Shown: positions 1 through 9,074 of the stretch, in pieces
How positions within the stretch are numbered: position 1 is the first letter of the stretch
How the letters are laid out: each line of letters begins with the position of its first letter
Source of the DNA: Bacteroidota bacterium
Lineage (GTDB): Bacteria > Bacteroidota > Ignavibacteria > UBA10030 > UBA8401
Assembly: GCA_027622375.1 (NCBI GenBank)
Contig: JAQCAB010000002.1
Coordinates: forward strand, 95,663-159,662
Direction: 5' to 3'
Length of the DNA: 64,000 nt
Notes under the pieces: model-generated
Database searches by the model: none
The model's input: only the letters and a program-made list of their open reading frames with translations
Told to the model about the DNA's origin: nothing
Translations under genes and position numbers: made by a program

Positions 1-678
1 ATGCAAAATAACAGCCCACTCGTTTCGATTATTTTATGTACATATAATAGAGCAAAATATATTCAAAATGGTGTTGAATCAGTTTTAAAACAACTCTATA
101 AAAACTGGGAATTAATTATTGTGGATGACGGAAGCATTGATAACACTTACGAAAAATTAGAAACTTATTTGAAGAAGTATAAAAATATAATTTATGTCAA
201 AATCCCAAATCAAGGGCCCGCAATTGCAAAAAATATAGGGATTAAAATTGCAAATGGTGAATTAATTACTTTTTTGGATTCTGATGACACAATTAGTAGC
301 AATCATATTTTATTAAGAGTTAATGAATTTAAAAAAAATAAAACTGATTTTATTTTTGGCGGTATTAATTTTATCGGGCCAAAAAGTAAACAATTTGCAC
401 CGGATATTGAAAATCCCGGAAAAAAAATACATTTAAGTAAATGTTTAGTAGCTGGTACATTATTTATTTGGAAAAAAATATTGATTAAAGAAAATGGATT
501 TCCAAAAGTTGCATTTGCAGAAGATTATGAGTTAATGAAGAACTTATTAAAAAAATATTCATCAAAAAAAATAGATACCCCAACTTATAACTACTCACTT
601 TCATCTGAAAACAGAATGTGCGATTTATATTTAAAAGGGGGAGTTGCAGCAATTTATAAATTTCAGAAAGCAGTATAA
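1..678 (+). CDS. Glycosyltransferase family 2 (starts at the window edge, possibly complete)
   Basis: N-terminal 'SIILCTYNRAKYI...LIIVDDGSIDNT' and 'FLDSDD' are GT2 hallmarks. The ATG is at position 1, so a 5' truncation cannot be excluded. Confidence 0.6.
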   Translation: MQNNSPLVSIILCTYNRAKYIQNGVESVLKQLYKNWELIIVDDGSIDNTYEKLETYLKKYKNIIYVKIPNQGPAIAKNIGIKIANGELITFLDSDDTISSNHILLRVNEFKKNKTDFIFGGINFIGPKSKQFAPDIENPGKKIHLSKCLVAGTLFIWKKILIKENGFPKVAFAEDYELMKNLLKKYSSKKIDTPTYNYSLSSENRMCDLYLKGGVAAIYKFQKAV

Positions 679-684
679 AATTTT

Positions 685-3036
685 ATGCCACACGAAGAAA
701 ATATTTTAGATAAATTAATACCCGGCATTTTACCTGTGTTACCTTTAAGAGATGTTGTAGTCTTTCCTCACATGATTATTCCGGTTTTAGTTGGAAGAGC
801 TTCCAGTTTAAAAGTAACGCAATACGCAATGAATCACCAAAAATATATATTTCTTACAACACAAAAAGATTCTTCTATCGAAGAACCAACCAACAAAGAT
901 GTTTGTAGCGAGGGAACCATTGCAAGAATTATCCAGCTTGTAAAACTACCCAACAATGTTGTAAAAGTTATTGTTGATGGAATTGTTCAAGGGAAAATTG
1001 ATAAATTTTATGATGATAAAGAATTTATAATGGCTGAAGTATCAGTAATAAAACCAAAAATTGAATCTTCGGCTGAGATGGAAGCATTGATTCGCCATTC
1101 ATCAAGTTTATTTAGCGAATATGTAAGAACAAACAGAAATATCCCACCAGAAGTTATGGGTGCTTTTGAAACAATTACCGATCCTGTGCGAAAATTATAT
1201 TTTATTGCAGCAAACATTTTACAAACTGCAGATGTAAAACAAAAACTTTTACAAATAAATAATTCTAAAGATCAGTTTACAGAGATTATTAAAATTTTAA
1301 CTGGCGAAATAAATATTCTCAAAATCGAAAGAGAAATTAATCTTAAAGTTCACGACAACATTCAAAAAACGCAACGAAAATTTATTATTCAAGAACAAAT
1401 GAAAATTTTGAATGAAGAGTTAAATGAACTTGGTGGCGAGGAAGAAGCAACGCCTGAAATGGCGCAACTAAAAAAATCAATTGATGAAGCAAAAATGCCT
1501 GCGGCTATCAATCAAAAAGCAATGGAGGAATTTGACAAGCTTAAAAAAATCCCAACAATGTCGCCGGAGTTTTCGGTCGTGAGAAATTATTTGGATTGGT
1601 TGATTGATGTTCCGTGGCAAATAAAAACAAAAGACACACTAAAAGTAGATCATGTTAAAAAAATTCTTGAGGAGGATCATTACGGATTAAAAAAAACAAA
1701 AGAAAGAATTCTTGAATACATTTCAGTTTTAAATTTGGTAAAAGAAATACGTGGGCAAATTTTATGTCTTGTTGGTCCGCCGGGTGTTGGTAAAACTTCT
1801 CTTGCTAAATCAATCGCTCGTTCGCTCGGAAGAAAATATGTGAGAATGTCCCTTGGTGGCATTCGTGATGAAGCGGAAATCAGAGGGCATCGAAGAACTT
1901 ATATTGGCTCGATGCCGGGGAAAATTATTCAAGCAATGAAAAAAGCTGGATCATTAAACCCTGTAATTTTATTGGATGAAATTGATAAAATGAGTATGGA
2001 TTTTCGTGGAGATCCAAGCGCCGCATTATTAGAAGTTTTGGATCCTGAACAAAACAATGCCTTTAACGATCATTATCTTGAAGTTGATTATGACCTTTCA
2101 AAAGTAATGTTTATTACAACTGCAAATATTCGTTACCACATTCCACTTCCATTACAAGATAGAATGGAAATAATTGAGCTATCAAGTTATCTAGATTTTG
2201 AAAAATTACATATTGCAAAGAGACATCTAATTCCAAAACTATTAAGGGATCATGGATTGAAAAAAAATCTTGTAACTTTTAATGACGATGCAGTTTCAAA
2301 AACAATAAGACATTATACAAGAGAATCTGGAGTTCGAAATCTTGAACGAGAACTTGCAACAGTTTGCAGAAAAATCGCAACACAAATTGTTTCATCTAAA
2401 AAGAAAAAGAAAACAACTGTAACAGAAAAATTAATAAACAAATTTCTCGGTGCCGAAAAATATAGAAATAGAATAACTGATTTAAAACCTAAAATTGGTT
2501 CTGTAGTTGGGCTCGCGTGGACTAGCATGGGGGGAGAAATTTTGACAATAGAAGTTACTGTGATGAAAGGAAATGGAAAATTAACTTTAACCGGGCAACT
2601 GGGAGATGTTATGAAGGAATCGGCTCAAGCGGCTTTAAGTTATATCCGCTCGAACGCAAAAAAATTTAAAATTAAACCAGACTTTTTTGCAAATAAAGAA
2701 ATTCACATCCATATACCCGAAGGTGCAATTCCAAAAGATGGACCATCGGCAGGAATTACAATGGCAATCGCGATGATTTCTGCGCTATCAGAAACGCCAG
2801 CAAATTCAAATGTTGCAATGACAGGTGAAATTACTTTGAGAGGAAAAATTCTTGCAATAGGTGGATTAAATGAAAAATTATTAGCAGCAAAACGCAATGG
2901 GATTACAATGGTTTTAATCCCAAAAGAAAATGTAAAAGATTTAGCTGATGTTCATTCTGAAGTAAAGAAAGGTCTTCGTATTATTCCACTTCAAAAAATT
3001 GAAGAAGCAACAAAATATTTATTTAAGAAAAATTAG
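685..3036 (+). CDS. lon: ATP-dependent protease Lon
   Basis: Lon N-domain, Walker A 'GPPGVGKTS', and proteolytic domain 'PKDGPSAGITMAIAMISAL' with the catalytic Ser. Length 783 aa. Confidence 0.95.
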   Translation: MPHEENILDKLIPGILPVLPLRDVVVFPHMIIPVLVGRASSLKVTQYAMNHQKYIFLTTQKDSSIEEPTNKDVCSEGTIARIIQLVKLPNNVVKVIVDGIVQGKIDKFYDDKEFIMAEVSVIKPKIESSAEMEALIRHSSSLFSEYVRTNRNIPPEVMGAFETITDPVRKLYFIAANILQTADVKQKLLQINNSKDQFTEIIKILTGEINILKIEREINLKVHDNIQKTQRKFIIQEQMKILNEELNELGGEEEATPEMAQLKKSIDEAKMPAAINQKAMEEFDKLKKIPTMSPEFSVVRNYLDWLIDVPWQIKTKDTLKVDHVKKILEEDHYGLKKTKERILEYISVLNLVKEIRGQILCLVGPPGVGKTSLAKSIARSLGRKYVRMSLGGIRDEAEIRGHRRTYIGSMPGKIIQAMKKAGSLNPVILLDEIDKMSMDFRGDPSAALLEVLDPEQNNAFNDHYLEVDYDLSKVMFITTANIRYHIPLPLQDRMEIIELSSYLDFEKLHIAKRHLIPKLLRDHGLKKNLVTFNDDAVSKTIRHYTRESGVRNLERELATVCRKIATQIVSSKKKKKTTVTEKLINKFLGAEKYRNRITDLKPKIGSVVGLAWTSMGGEILTIEVTVMKGNGKLTLTGQLGDVMKESAQAALSYIRSNAKKFKIKPDFFANKEIHIHIPEGAIPKDGPSAGITMAIAMISALSETPANSNVAMTGEITLRGKILAIGGLNEKLLAAKRNGITMVLIPKENVKDLADVHSEVKKGLRIIPLQKIEEATKYLFKKN

Positions 3037-3045
3037 AGGATAAAA

Positions 3046-4686
3046 TTGGCATACTTAGTTACAGCTCGTAAATATCGACCACAAATTTTTGAAGATGTTG
3101 TTGGTCAGCAACACATTACAACAACTTTACGAAATGCAATTGCTCAAGAAAGATTAAGTCATGCATATGTTTTTAGTGGTGGAAGAGGTTCGGGTAAAAC
3201 TACAACTGCGAGAATTTTAGCGAAAGCAATTAATTGTTCAACTCCACAAAATTTTAATCCTTGTAATAAATGTGATTCTTGTTTTGAAATTACTGATGGC
3301 CGCTCGCTTGATGTAATTGAAATTGATGGCGCATCAAATAGGAGTGTTGAAGAAATTCAAAAAATTCGTGAGGGAGTGAGATACATGCCTAATCGTGGCA
3401 AGTATCGTGTTTACATTATTGATGAAGTCCACATGTTGACTATGCATGCTTTTAACGCGCTTTTAAAAACTTTAGAAGAGCCACCAACACACATAGTTTT
3501 TATTTTTGCAACAACCGAAATTCAAAAAGTTCCAACAACTATTTTATCAAGATGTCAACGTTATGATTTTAGAAGAATTAGTGTTGATGATATAATTTTA
3601 AAATTGGAACAAATTGCAATTGAAGAAAAAATTTCAATTGATAAACCATCTTTATTAATTCTTGCAAAAAAAGCAGATGGCGCAATGCGTGATGCGCAAA
3701 GTTTATTCGATCAAGTTGTTTCTTCATGCGGGACAAAAATTACCGCCGATCAAGTTGTGTTAACTTTAAATTTAATTGATACAGAAATATTTTTCCGTGT
3801 CTCTGAAGCAATTTCGCATCGAGATACAACTGAAGTATTAACTTTAATTGATGAAGTTATCCAGCGTGGCTTCGATATTAAAGAATTTGTTATGGGGTTA
3901 ATCGAACATTTTAGAAACATGTTGATAATTAATTCAAATGCATCACCATCATTACTTGCAGTTTCAGAATTTTACATTTCTAAATATCAACAAGAAAGTA
4001 AAACCTTTACAGAGTTTGACATTTTAAGAATTATTCAAATTTTAGGAAAACTTGAAACAGGTATTAAATATGCAACACAACCTCGCTTTAAACTTGAAGC
4101 AACATTTGTGCAACTTACAAAAATGGAATCAGTAAAAGATATTTCAACACTACTTGCTGAACTACAAGAGTTAAAAAAAAACCCCTTTTTTGAAGGATCG
4201 TTAAATAAAAAAGTAAAAACCGAAACCTTACAAACTCCAAATTTAACTAAAACAGAAAAAGTATTACCAGAAAAAATAGTTTTAGAACCAATCCAAACAA
4301 TAAATCAAGATGTAAAATCTGAATTAAAAATTGGAATTTTAAAAATCAACTGGGATTTAATTGTTAAAGAAGCATCAACAAAAAAAATGTCACTCGGTAG
4401 TATTTTATCGCATGTTGAACCAAATGAAATATTAAATGGAAGTTTACAAATTAATTGTGGCGACGATTATCATTTTTCAGCAATTAAAATAAACAGAGAA
4501 TTTATTTCGGGATTAATTAAAGATTTATTTAAAGTTAATTTAAGAATCGAACCAATTTTAATAAAAAATGAAGTTATTGTCGAAACGCAAGTTTCTGCAA
4601 ATGGGGACAAAAAAGAGGAAGTAGATCCAAGAGAAAAAATTATTTTGGATATTTTATATACAAAGTTTGCCGCCGAGCCATTATAA
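3046..4686 (+). CDS. dnaX: DNA polymerase III subunit gamma/tau
   Basis: 'RKYRPQIFEDVVGQQHI', 'GGRGSGKTTTARILAKAINC', and the zinc module 'CNKCDSC'. Typical clamp-loader domains I-III followed by a C-terminal tau region. Confidence 0.93.
   Translation: MAYLVTARKYRPQIFEDVVGQQHITTTLRNAIAQERLSHAYVFSGGRGSGKTTTARILAKAINCSTPQNFNPCNKCDSCFEITDGRSLDVIEIDGASNRSVEEIQKIREGVRYMPNRGKYRVYIIDEVHMLTMHAFNALLKTLEEPPTHIVFIFATTEIQKVPTTILSRCQRYDFRRISVDDIILKLEQIAIEEKISIDKPSLLILAKKADGAMRDAQSLFDQVVSSCGTKITADQVVLTLNLIDTEIFFRVSEAISHRDTTEVLTLIDEVIQRGFDIKEFVMGLIEHFRNMLIINSNASPSLLAVSEFYISKYQQESKTFTEFDILRIIQILGKLETGIKYATQPRFKLEATFVQLTKMESVKDISTLLAELQELKKNPFFEGSLNKKVKTETLQTPNLTKTEKVLPEKIVLEPIQTINQDVKSELKIGILKINWDLIVKEASTKKMSLGSILSHVEPNEILNGSLQINCGDDYHFSAIKINREFISGLIKDLFKVNLRIEPILIKNEVIVETQVSANGDKKEEVDPREKIILDILYTKFAAEPL
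4172..4193 (+). promoter_or_regulatory. Putative dnaX recoding site: in-frame A9 run (slippery heptamer A_AAA_AAA) with a UGA stop 5 codons into the -1 frame
   Basis: The sequence 'tta aaa aaa aac ccc ttt ttt gaa' sits at about codon 377. The -1 frame reads AAA AAA AAA CCC CUU UUU UGA. This is analogous to the E. coli dnaX frameshift and the Thermus A9 transcriptional slippage. Confidence 0.4.
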
Positions 4687-4687
4687 A

Positions 4688-5962
4688 ATGATTTTAATAA
4701 TGAAAATATATTTTACACTTTTTATAATCATTTTTCCGAATTTAATTGCAGGAGAAAAACTTTTAATCCCGATGGATTTAAAACAAACAAATCACTTAAA
4801 AGCTTATGGAATTGCTTATTGGGCGCTGACAAAAGGATTGCAAATTGAGTGGTTGTTAAATTATAGAGGAGGATCTTTTTTGTGCGACAATCTTTCTATG
4901 ATTCAAAAAGAAATGCGAATCAGGGAAGTTTACTTTGAAGATATCTCAATTTCAAATGCAGCAAAAATTTATTCTGAAATCGGAAGCGAATCATCAAACG
5001 CCGAAGTAATTTTACTTGAAAAAGCTCCGCGCATTGCTGTGTATGTAACTCCAAATATTAAACCATGGGATGATGCGGTTACAATGGCTCTCGAATATTC
5101 TGAAATTAAATATGATAAAATTTGGGATGACGAAGTTTTGAATGGGGCGCTAAAAAATTATGATTGGCTTCATCTGCATCATGAAGATTTTACAGGACAG
5201 CATGGAAAATTTTATGCATCCCAACATTCTTCTCCATGGTATATTGAACAGCAAATCCTTTACGAAAAAAAAGCTCATGAATTAGGGTTTAAAAAAGTAT
5301 CTGCTCTTAAAAGAGAAGTTGCTCATCAAATTCGTAATTACATTGGTAGTGGTGGATTTTTATTTGCAATGTGTTCAGCAACAGATAGTTATGATATTGC
5401 TCTTTCGGCAAGTGAAGTTGATATTTGCGATGTTGTATTTGATGGGGATGGGGTTGATAAAAATGTGCAATCAAAATTAAATTTTAATGAAACTATTGCA
5501 TTTCAAAATTTTACAATTGATACAAATCCATTTAGATACGAATATTCCGATATTGATTTACCGCAAAGCGATCCTGTTCCAATGAGAGATGCTTCAACAG
5601 ATTATTTTTCGCTTTTTGAATTTTCAGCCAAACATGATCCAATCCCGACAATGTTAACTCAAAACCATGTAAATTTATTAAAAGGATTTATGGGGCAAAC
5701 AACTGCTTTCAATCGGAAAACAATAAAACCACATGTATTAATTTTGGGCGAAAGACAAGGAAGCGATGAAGTAAAGTATTTGCATGGTAATTATGGGAGA
5801 GGAACTTTTACATTTTATGCAGGGCATGACCCTGAGGATTACCAACATGCAATTGGGGATCCACCAACAGATTTAAATTTGCATAAAAACTCTCCAGGTT
5901 ATAGAATTATTTTAAATAACATTCTGTTCCCCGCAGCAAAAAAGAAACAACAAAAAACTTAA
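4688..5962 (+). CDS. Hypothetical exported protein (N-terminal signal peptide, function unknown)
   Basis: A long ORF begins 'MKIYFTLFIIIFPNLIAG' right after the dnaX stop. I recognise no motif with confidence. The start is uncertain (4667, 4688 or 4700). Confidence 0.4.
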   Translation: MILIMKIYFTLFIIIFPNLIAGEKLLIPMDLKQTNHLKAYGIAYWALTKGLQIEWLLNYRGGSFLCDNLSMIQKEMRIREVYFEDISISNAAKIYSEIGSESSNAEVILLEKAPRIAVYVTPNIKPWDDAVTMALEYSEIKYDKIWDDEVLNGALKNYDWLHLHHEDFTGQHGKFYASQHSSPWYIEQQILYEKKAHELGFKKVSALKREVAHQIRNYIGSGGFLFAMCSATDSYDIALSASEVDICDVVFDGDGVDKNVQSKLNFNETIAFQNFTIDTNPFRYEYSDIDLPQSDPVPMRDASTDYFSLFEFSAKHDPIPTMLTQNHVNLLKGFMGQTTAFNRKTIKPHVLILGERQGSDEVKYLHGNYGRGTFTFYAGHDPEDYQHAIGDPPTDLNLHKNSPGYRIILNNILFPAAKKKQQKT

Positions 5963-5976
5963 AATAAATTTAAAAT

Positions 5977-7065
5977 TTATTTTAAAAAGTTCAGACAAAA
6001 AGTAATTAAAAGTGCGTTTATAAAGTCTATAAAAAAAGCACCAACCATCGGAATAACCAAAAACGCACGATATGCTGGTCCATATTTATCTACTAATACA
6101 CGCATATTAGCCATTGCATTTGCAGTAGTGCCAAGCATAAACCCAACAAAACCTGAACTCATAACTGCAGCTTCGTAATCTTTTCCCATAAATTTATAAA
6201 TTACAAAAACGGAAACCACTAAAATTAAAATTATCTGGAAAAACATTATTACAATTAAAGGAAGCACGAGTCCGGAAAGTTCCCAAAGTTTTAAAGTCAT
6301 GAGCGCCATTACTAAAAAAAGTGATAAAGCTGCATTACCGATGTCATCAATTACATCCTGCGAAAGTCCAATCCAATTTGTTGCATCGTCAATATTTCTG
6401 ATAAGTGAAGCGATAAGCATTGCGCCAATATATGGTGGTAATATCCAGCCAATTGATTTAAACCAATCACTAATTAAACCACCAACCCACATTGCAAAAA
6501 GAATTACAACTAAATTTTTTAAAAGCCAATATGTTTCTTTGTCTTCTCCTTTTGGAGATGATTTTTGATTTAAAGAAATATGAGGCTCAATAATATTTTC
6601 GGCAGTTACATTAATTTGTGAAGATGAAAAATTATTTTTTGATCGTAAATTAAATTTAGTTATTAAATAAGTTCCAACAGGGCCACCAATTAATCCACCA
6701 CTAATAATTCCAGTCATCCCAGCAGCAACTGCAATTGTAGCTGCACCAACAACTCCTGCGTTTTCAAAAAGAGGAGCAAAAGCCAGTCCAGTTGCCGGGC
6801 CGCCTGTTAAAGTTACCGAACCGCTTAATACACCAAATAGTGGTGGAAGTCCAAATAATGGAGCAATTGCAATACCAACTACATTTTGGCAAATAGCAAT
6901 AATTGAAGAAATGATGGTGAATAAAACAACCTGCGGTCCTCCGATTTTTAATATTCCTGCCAATTCCTTAGAAATATGGAAGAAGATTGTTTTAGGATCC
7001 TCTATCAATAATTGTTTTATGCTGGCTAATGTGTATGTATCTGGATCACCGATTATGGTGGATTT
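5977..7065 (-). pseudogene. gltS: Sodium/glutamate symporter GltS, 3' portion (codons about 54 to end) separated from its 5' end by a foreign insert
   Basis: Collinear with E. coli GltS: 'GVLSGSVTLTGGPATG', 'SLFLVMALMTLKLWEL' and 'FLVIPMVGAFFIDFINALLI' match 'GLLAGSITLSGGHGTG', 'SLFLAMALMGLKLWEL' and 'FLVVPMVGAFFIDIVNALVI'. The ORF-track start at 7104 (MET...) lies in insert-derived sequence. Confidence 0.8.
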
Positions 7066-7109
7066 ATACTTGAATTGGGTGTCTTTTATTGAGCCAGTCT
7101 CCATGACTG

Positions 7110-7133
7110 CCTAGTATAGTGAGCTATACTAGG
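7110..7133. repeat. Perfect palindrome CCTAGTATAG-tgag-CTATACTAGG (10-bp stem, 4-nt loop) just downstream of the nhaC-like stop
   Basis: Read directly from the sequence. It is followed on the + strand by T-rich 'tttgtcatggttt'. It could act as a terminator for the minus-strand antiporter gene. Confidence 0.6.
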
Positions 7134-7149
7134 TTTGTCATGGTTTAAA

Positions 7150-9060
7150 TTATGCGAACAGCAGGGTAACGAGTGTCCAGCAAATCGCTGCAAGTATGGT
7201 CGCCATTCCAGCAGGTACAACCTGAGTTTTAACGTGATCCATCAGGTCGCAACCCGTGCACATGGAGCTTAAAATTGTGGTGTCAGAAATTGGGGAACAT
7301 TGGTCGCCGATTACGCTACCATTTAATACGGTTGCAAAACACACTGCCATAAAGAAGGCGGGGTGTGCTAACTCTGAGTTTTGGGCAACGGCCCACGCAA
7401 GTGGCATTGCTAATGGAAATGCTACGGCGTAAGTTCCCCAACTTGTTCCCGTTGAGAATGCGATTAGAATAGTAAGGCCTAGCAAGATGGTAGGTAATAA
7501 CCAAAATGCAATTGATGTGCCGAGTAATTCAACCAAGTAGATTCCACCACCGGTTTGTTGGCTAATAGACCCTATTGTGATGGCTAAAATTAGAATGACA
7601 GATCCTAATACAACGCCTTTTAAACCTTCACCGATGCCTTCAATTAGTTCGGTTACATTCAAACCGCGCAACAGTGCTAGTAAACCAGCTACGATTACAG
7701 CGGCGCCAAATCCCCATCGTACTTGCGGTGATCCAGTCGCGATAAATGTACCAATAGATATGCCAATCAGTGTGACTAGTGGTAAGAAAAAGTCAATTAC
7801 GTGCGGTTTGTAGTGTGCTGGAACGTCTGAGCTATGCAGTTCTTTTGCGCTTAATGGTTTTGCTTGTGGGCCATCAAGTTCGCCTGTTTCTCTTGACCGT
7901 TTTATGGCGGCTTTCATGCGTTTACCTAAGAATGGCGCTTTGTCGATACAAAGTAGGAATGTGCCAAGAACAGCAAAAATGGCGTAAAAACTGAGTGGGG
8001 CGCTTTGGAAGAAGAATCGTAGACGGTCATGTTCAGTGGCAAGAAAGGAAACCCCAGAGACGTATAAGAAGGCCTGTATGTAACCTGGCCACGCATTGAA
8101 TGCTAATAAACAGGCAATAGGAGAGGCTGTTGAGTCTACTATATAAGAGAGTTCCTCATGAGAAATGTTTTCCTTATCTGCAATCGGTTTCACAGTTGTG
8201 CCAACTAAAACGGTACTCATTGTACCACCCTGAAAAAATATAATGCCAAGCATCCACGCGACTAGTCGGGCTGTTTTTGGCCCTTTAACAACATATTTGG
8301 TCATCAGTTCGGCAAATGCTTTTGCGGCACCTGTTCGTGCCCAAATACCCATTAATCCGCCTAACATCCATAGGTATAGTAATAATATTCCAGCCCCACT
8401 TTTACTCATCATCGTTTCTAATAGGACGGCGTCTGATAGGTCAAACATGCCCAATAGAAAGGCGCCTACCACAATACCGCTAAACAGAGATGTGACGGGT
8501 TCGCGTGTTAACCAACACATTATGATGGCAACGAAGGCAGGTAATAATGACCAAAATCCCCAGTGACGTGTGGATTTATATTTGTAGTATTGGTCTATTG
8601 TTGTTCCGTTTACATTGGTGCTTTCATATACATATTCTTCTTCAGGTATTGGTTGGTTGTTTAATACCAGTTGGTCAATATTTGTTTTGGTAAGTTGCGC
8701 CTCTGCAATTGGTACTGCATTCTCAATGGTTTTAGGCTTGCCTTTAAACTTGTAGTAACGGCTACCGTCTTCTGCAATTTGGGTGTCTAGAGTGACCCGT
8801 TCGACGGTCCAGGTTGGGTCTACTTTGAAATGAATGAATAAACTTAATACTAACGCAACAATGAAGATATATAACGCTGGGCTAAATAGCATTTTGCGTA
8901 AGCCAGGAAGACCTATGCTATGCAAGAGTCCTTCTTGGTGTCGAGCTTCCTCATCACCATATACAAATGAATCGTGATGCACATGATCGTCTTGTTCAGA
9001 ATTTGATGTTGGTTGATTGTTACTCATAATTGGTAAAACTCCCTTGTGTTTCGTTGGCAT
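7150..9060 (-). CDS. nhaC: NhaC-family Na+/H+ antiporter with an N-terminal extension of about 190 aa, in a compositionally foreign (higher-GC) segment
   Basis: Multi-TM core running from 'WSLLPAFVAIIMCWLTREP' to 'ILAAICWTLVTLLFA' is typical of NhaC. GC and codon usage are clearly different from the flanks. The ATG at 9058-9060 is preferred over the track's TTG at 9081. Confidence 0.75.
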   Translation of the reverse strand: MPTKHKGVLPIMSNNQPTSNSEQDDHVHHDSFVYGDEEARHQEGLLHSIGLPGLRKMLFSPALYIFIVALVLSLFIHFKVDPTWTVERVTLDTQIAEDGSRYYKFKGKPKTIENAVPIAEAQLTKTNIDQLVLNNQPIPEEEYVYESTNVNGTTIDQYYKYKSTRHWGFWSLLPAFVAIIMCWLTREPVTSLFSGIVVGAFLLGMFDLSDAVLLETMMSKSGAGILLLYLWMLGGLMGIWARTGAAKAFAELMTKYVVKGPKTARLVAWMLGIIFFQGGTMSTVLVGTTVKPIADKENISHEELSYIVDSTASPIACLLAFNAWPGYIQAFLYVSGVSFLATEHDRLRFFFQSAPLSFYAIFAVLGTFLLCIDKAPFLGKRMKAAIKRSRETGELDGPQAKPLSAKELHSSDVPAHYKPHVIDFFLPLVTLIGISIGTFIATGSPQVRWGFGAAVIVAGLLALLRGLNVTELIEGIGEGLKGVVLGSVILILAITIGSISQQTGGGIYLVELLGTSIAFWLLPTILLGLTILIAFSTGTSWGTYAVAFPLAMPLAWAVAQNSELAHPAFFMAVCFATVLNGSVIGDQCSPISDTTILSSMCTGCDLMDHVKTQVVPAGMATILAAICWTLVTLLFA

Positions 9061-9074
9061 GTTGAATTGTAACT

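Noticed and set aside
1008-1217. Numerous short antisense or alternate-frame ORFs in the track that lie inside well-supported genes. Examples: 1008-1217, 1680-1862, 6299-6568, 7577-7994, 8243-8566, 16048-16383, 35473-36006, 41200-41403, 46117-46716, 51371-51592 and 53356-53651.
   Set aside because: They lie wholly within and antisense to, or out of frame with, long conserved CDSs. They have no motifs, and their composition mirrors the sense gene. They are spurious.
5955-5995. AT-only inverted repeat AAAATAAATTT-aaa-ATTTATTTT between convergent ORFs 4688-5962 and gltS.
   Set aside because: It may act as a weak bidirectional terminator, but an all-A/T stem is too unstable to call confidently.
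7066-9074. Interpretation of the inserts as IS elements, transposons, integron cassettes or prophage remnants.
   Set aside because: There is no transposase, integrase or recombinase ORF, no terminal inverted repeats, no attC-like site and no phage genes. Only cargo ORFs with very short flanks are present.
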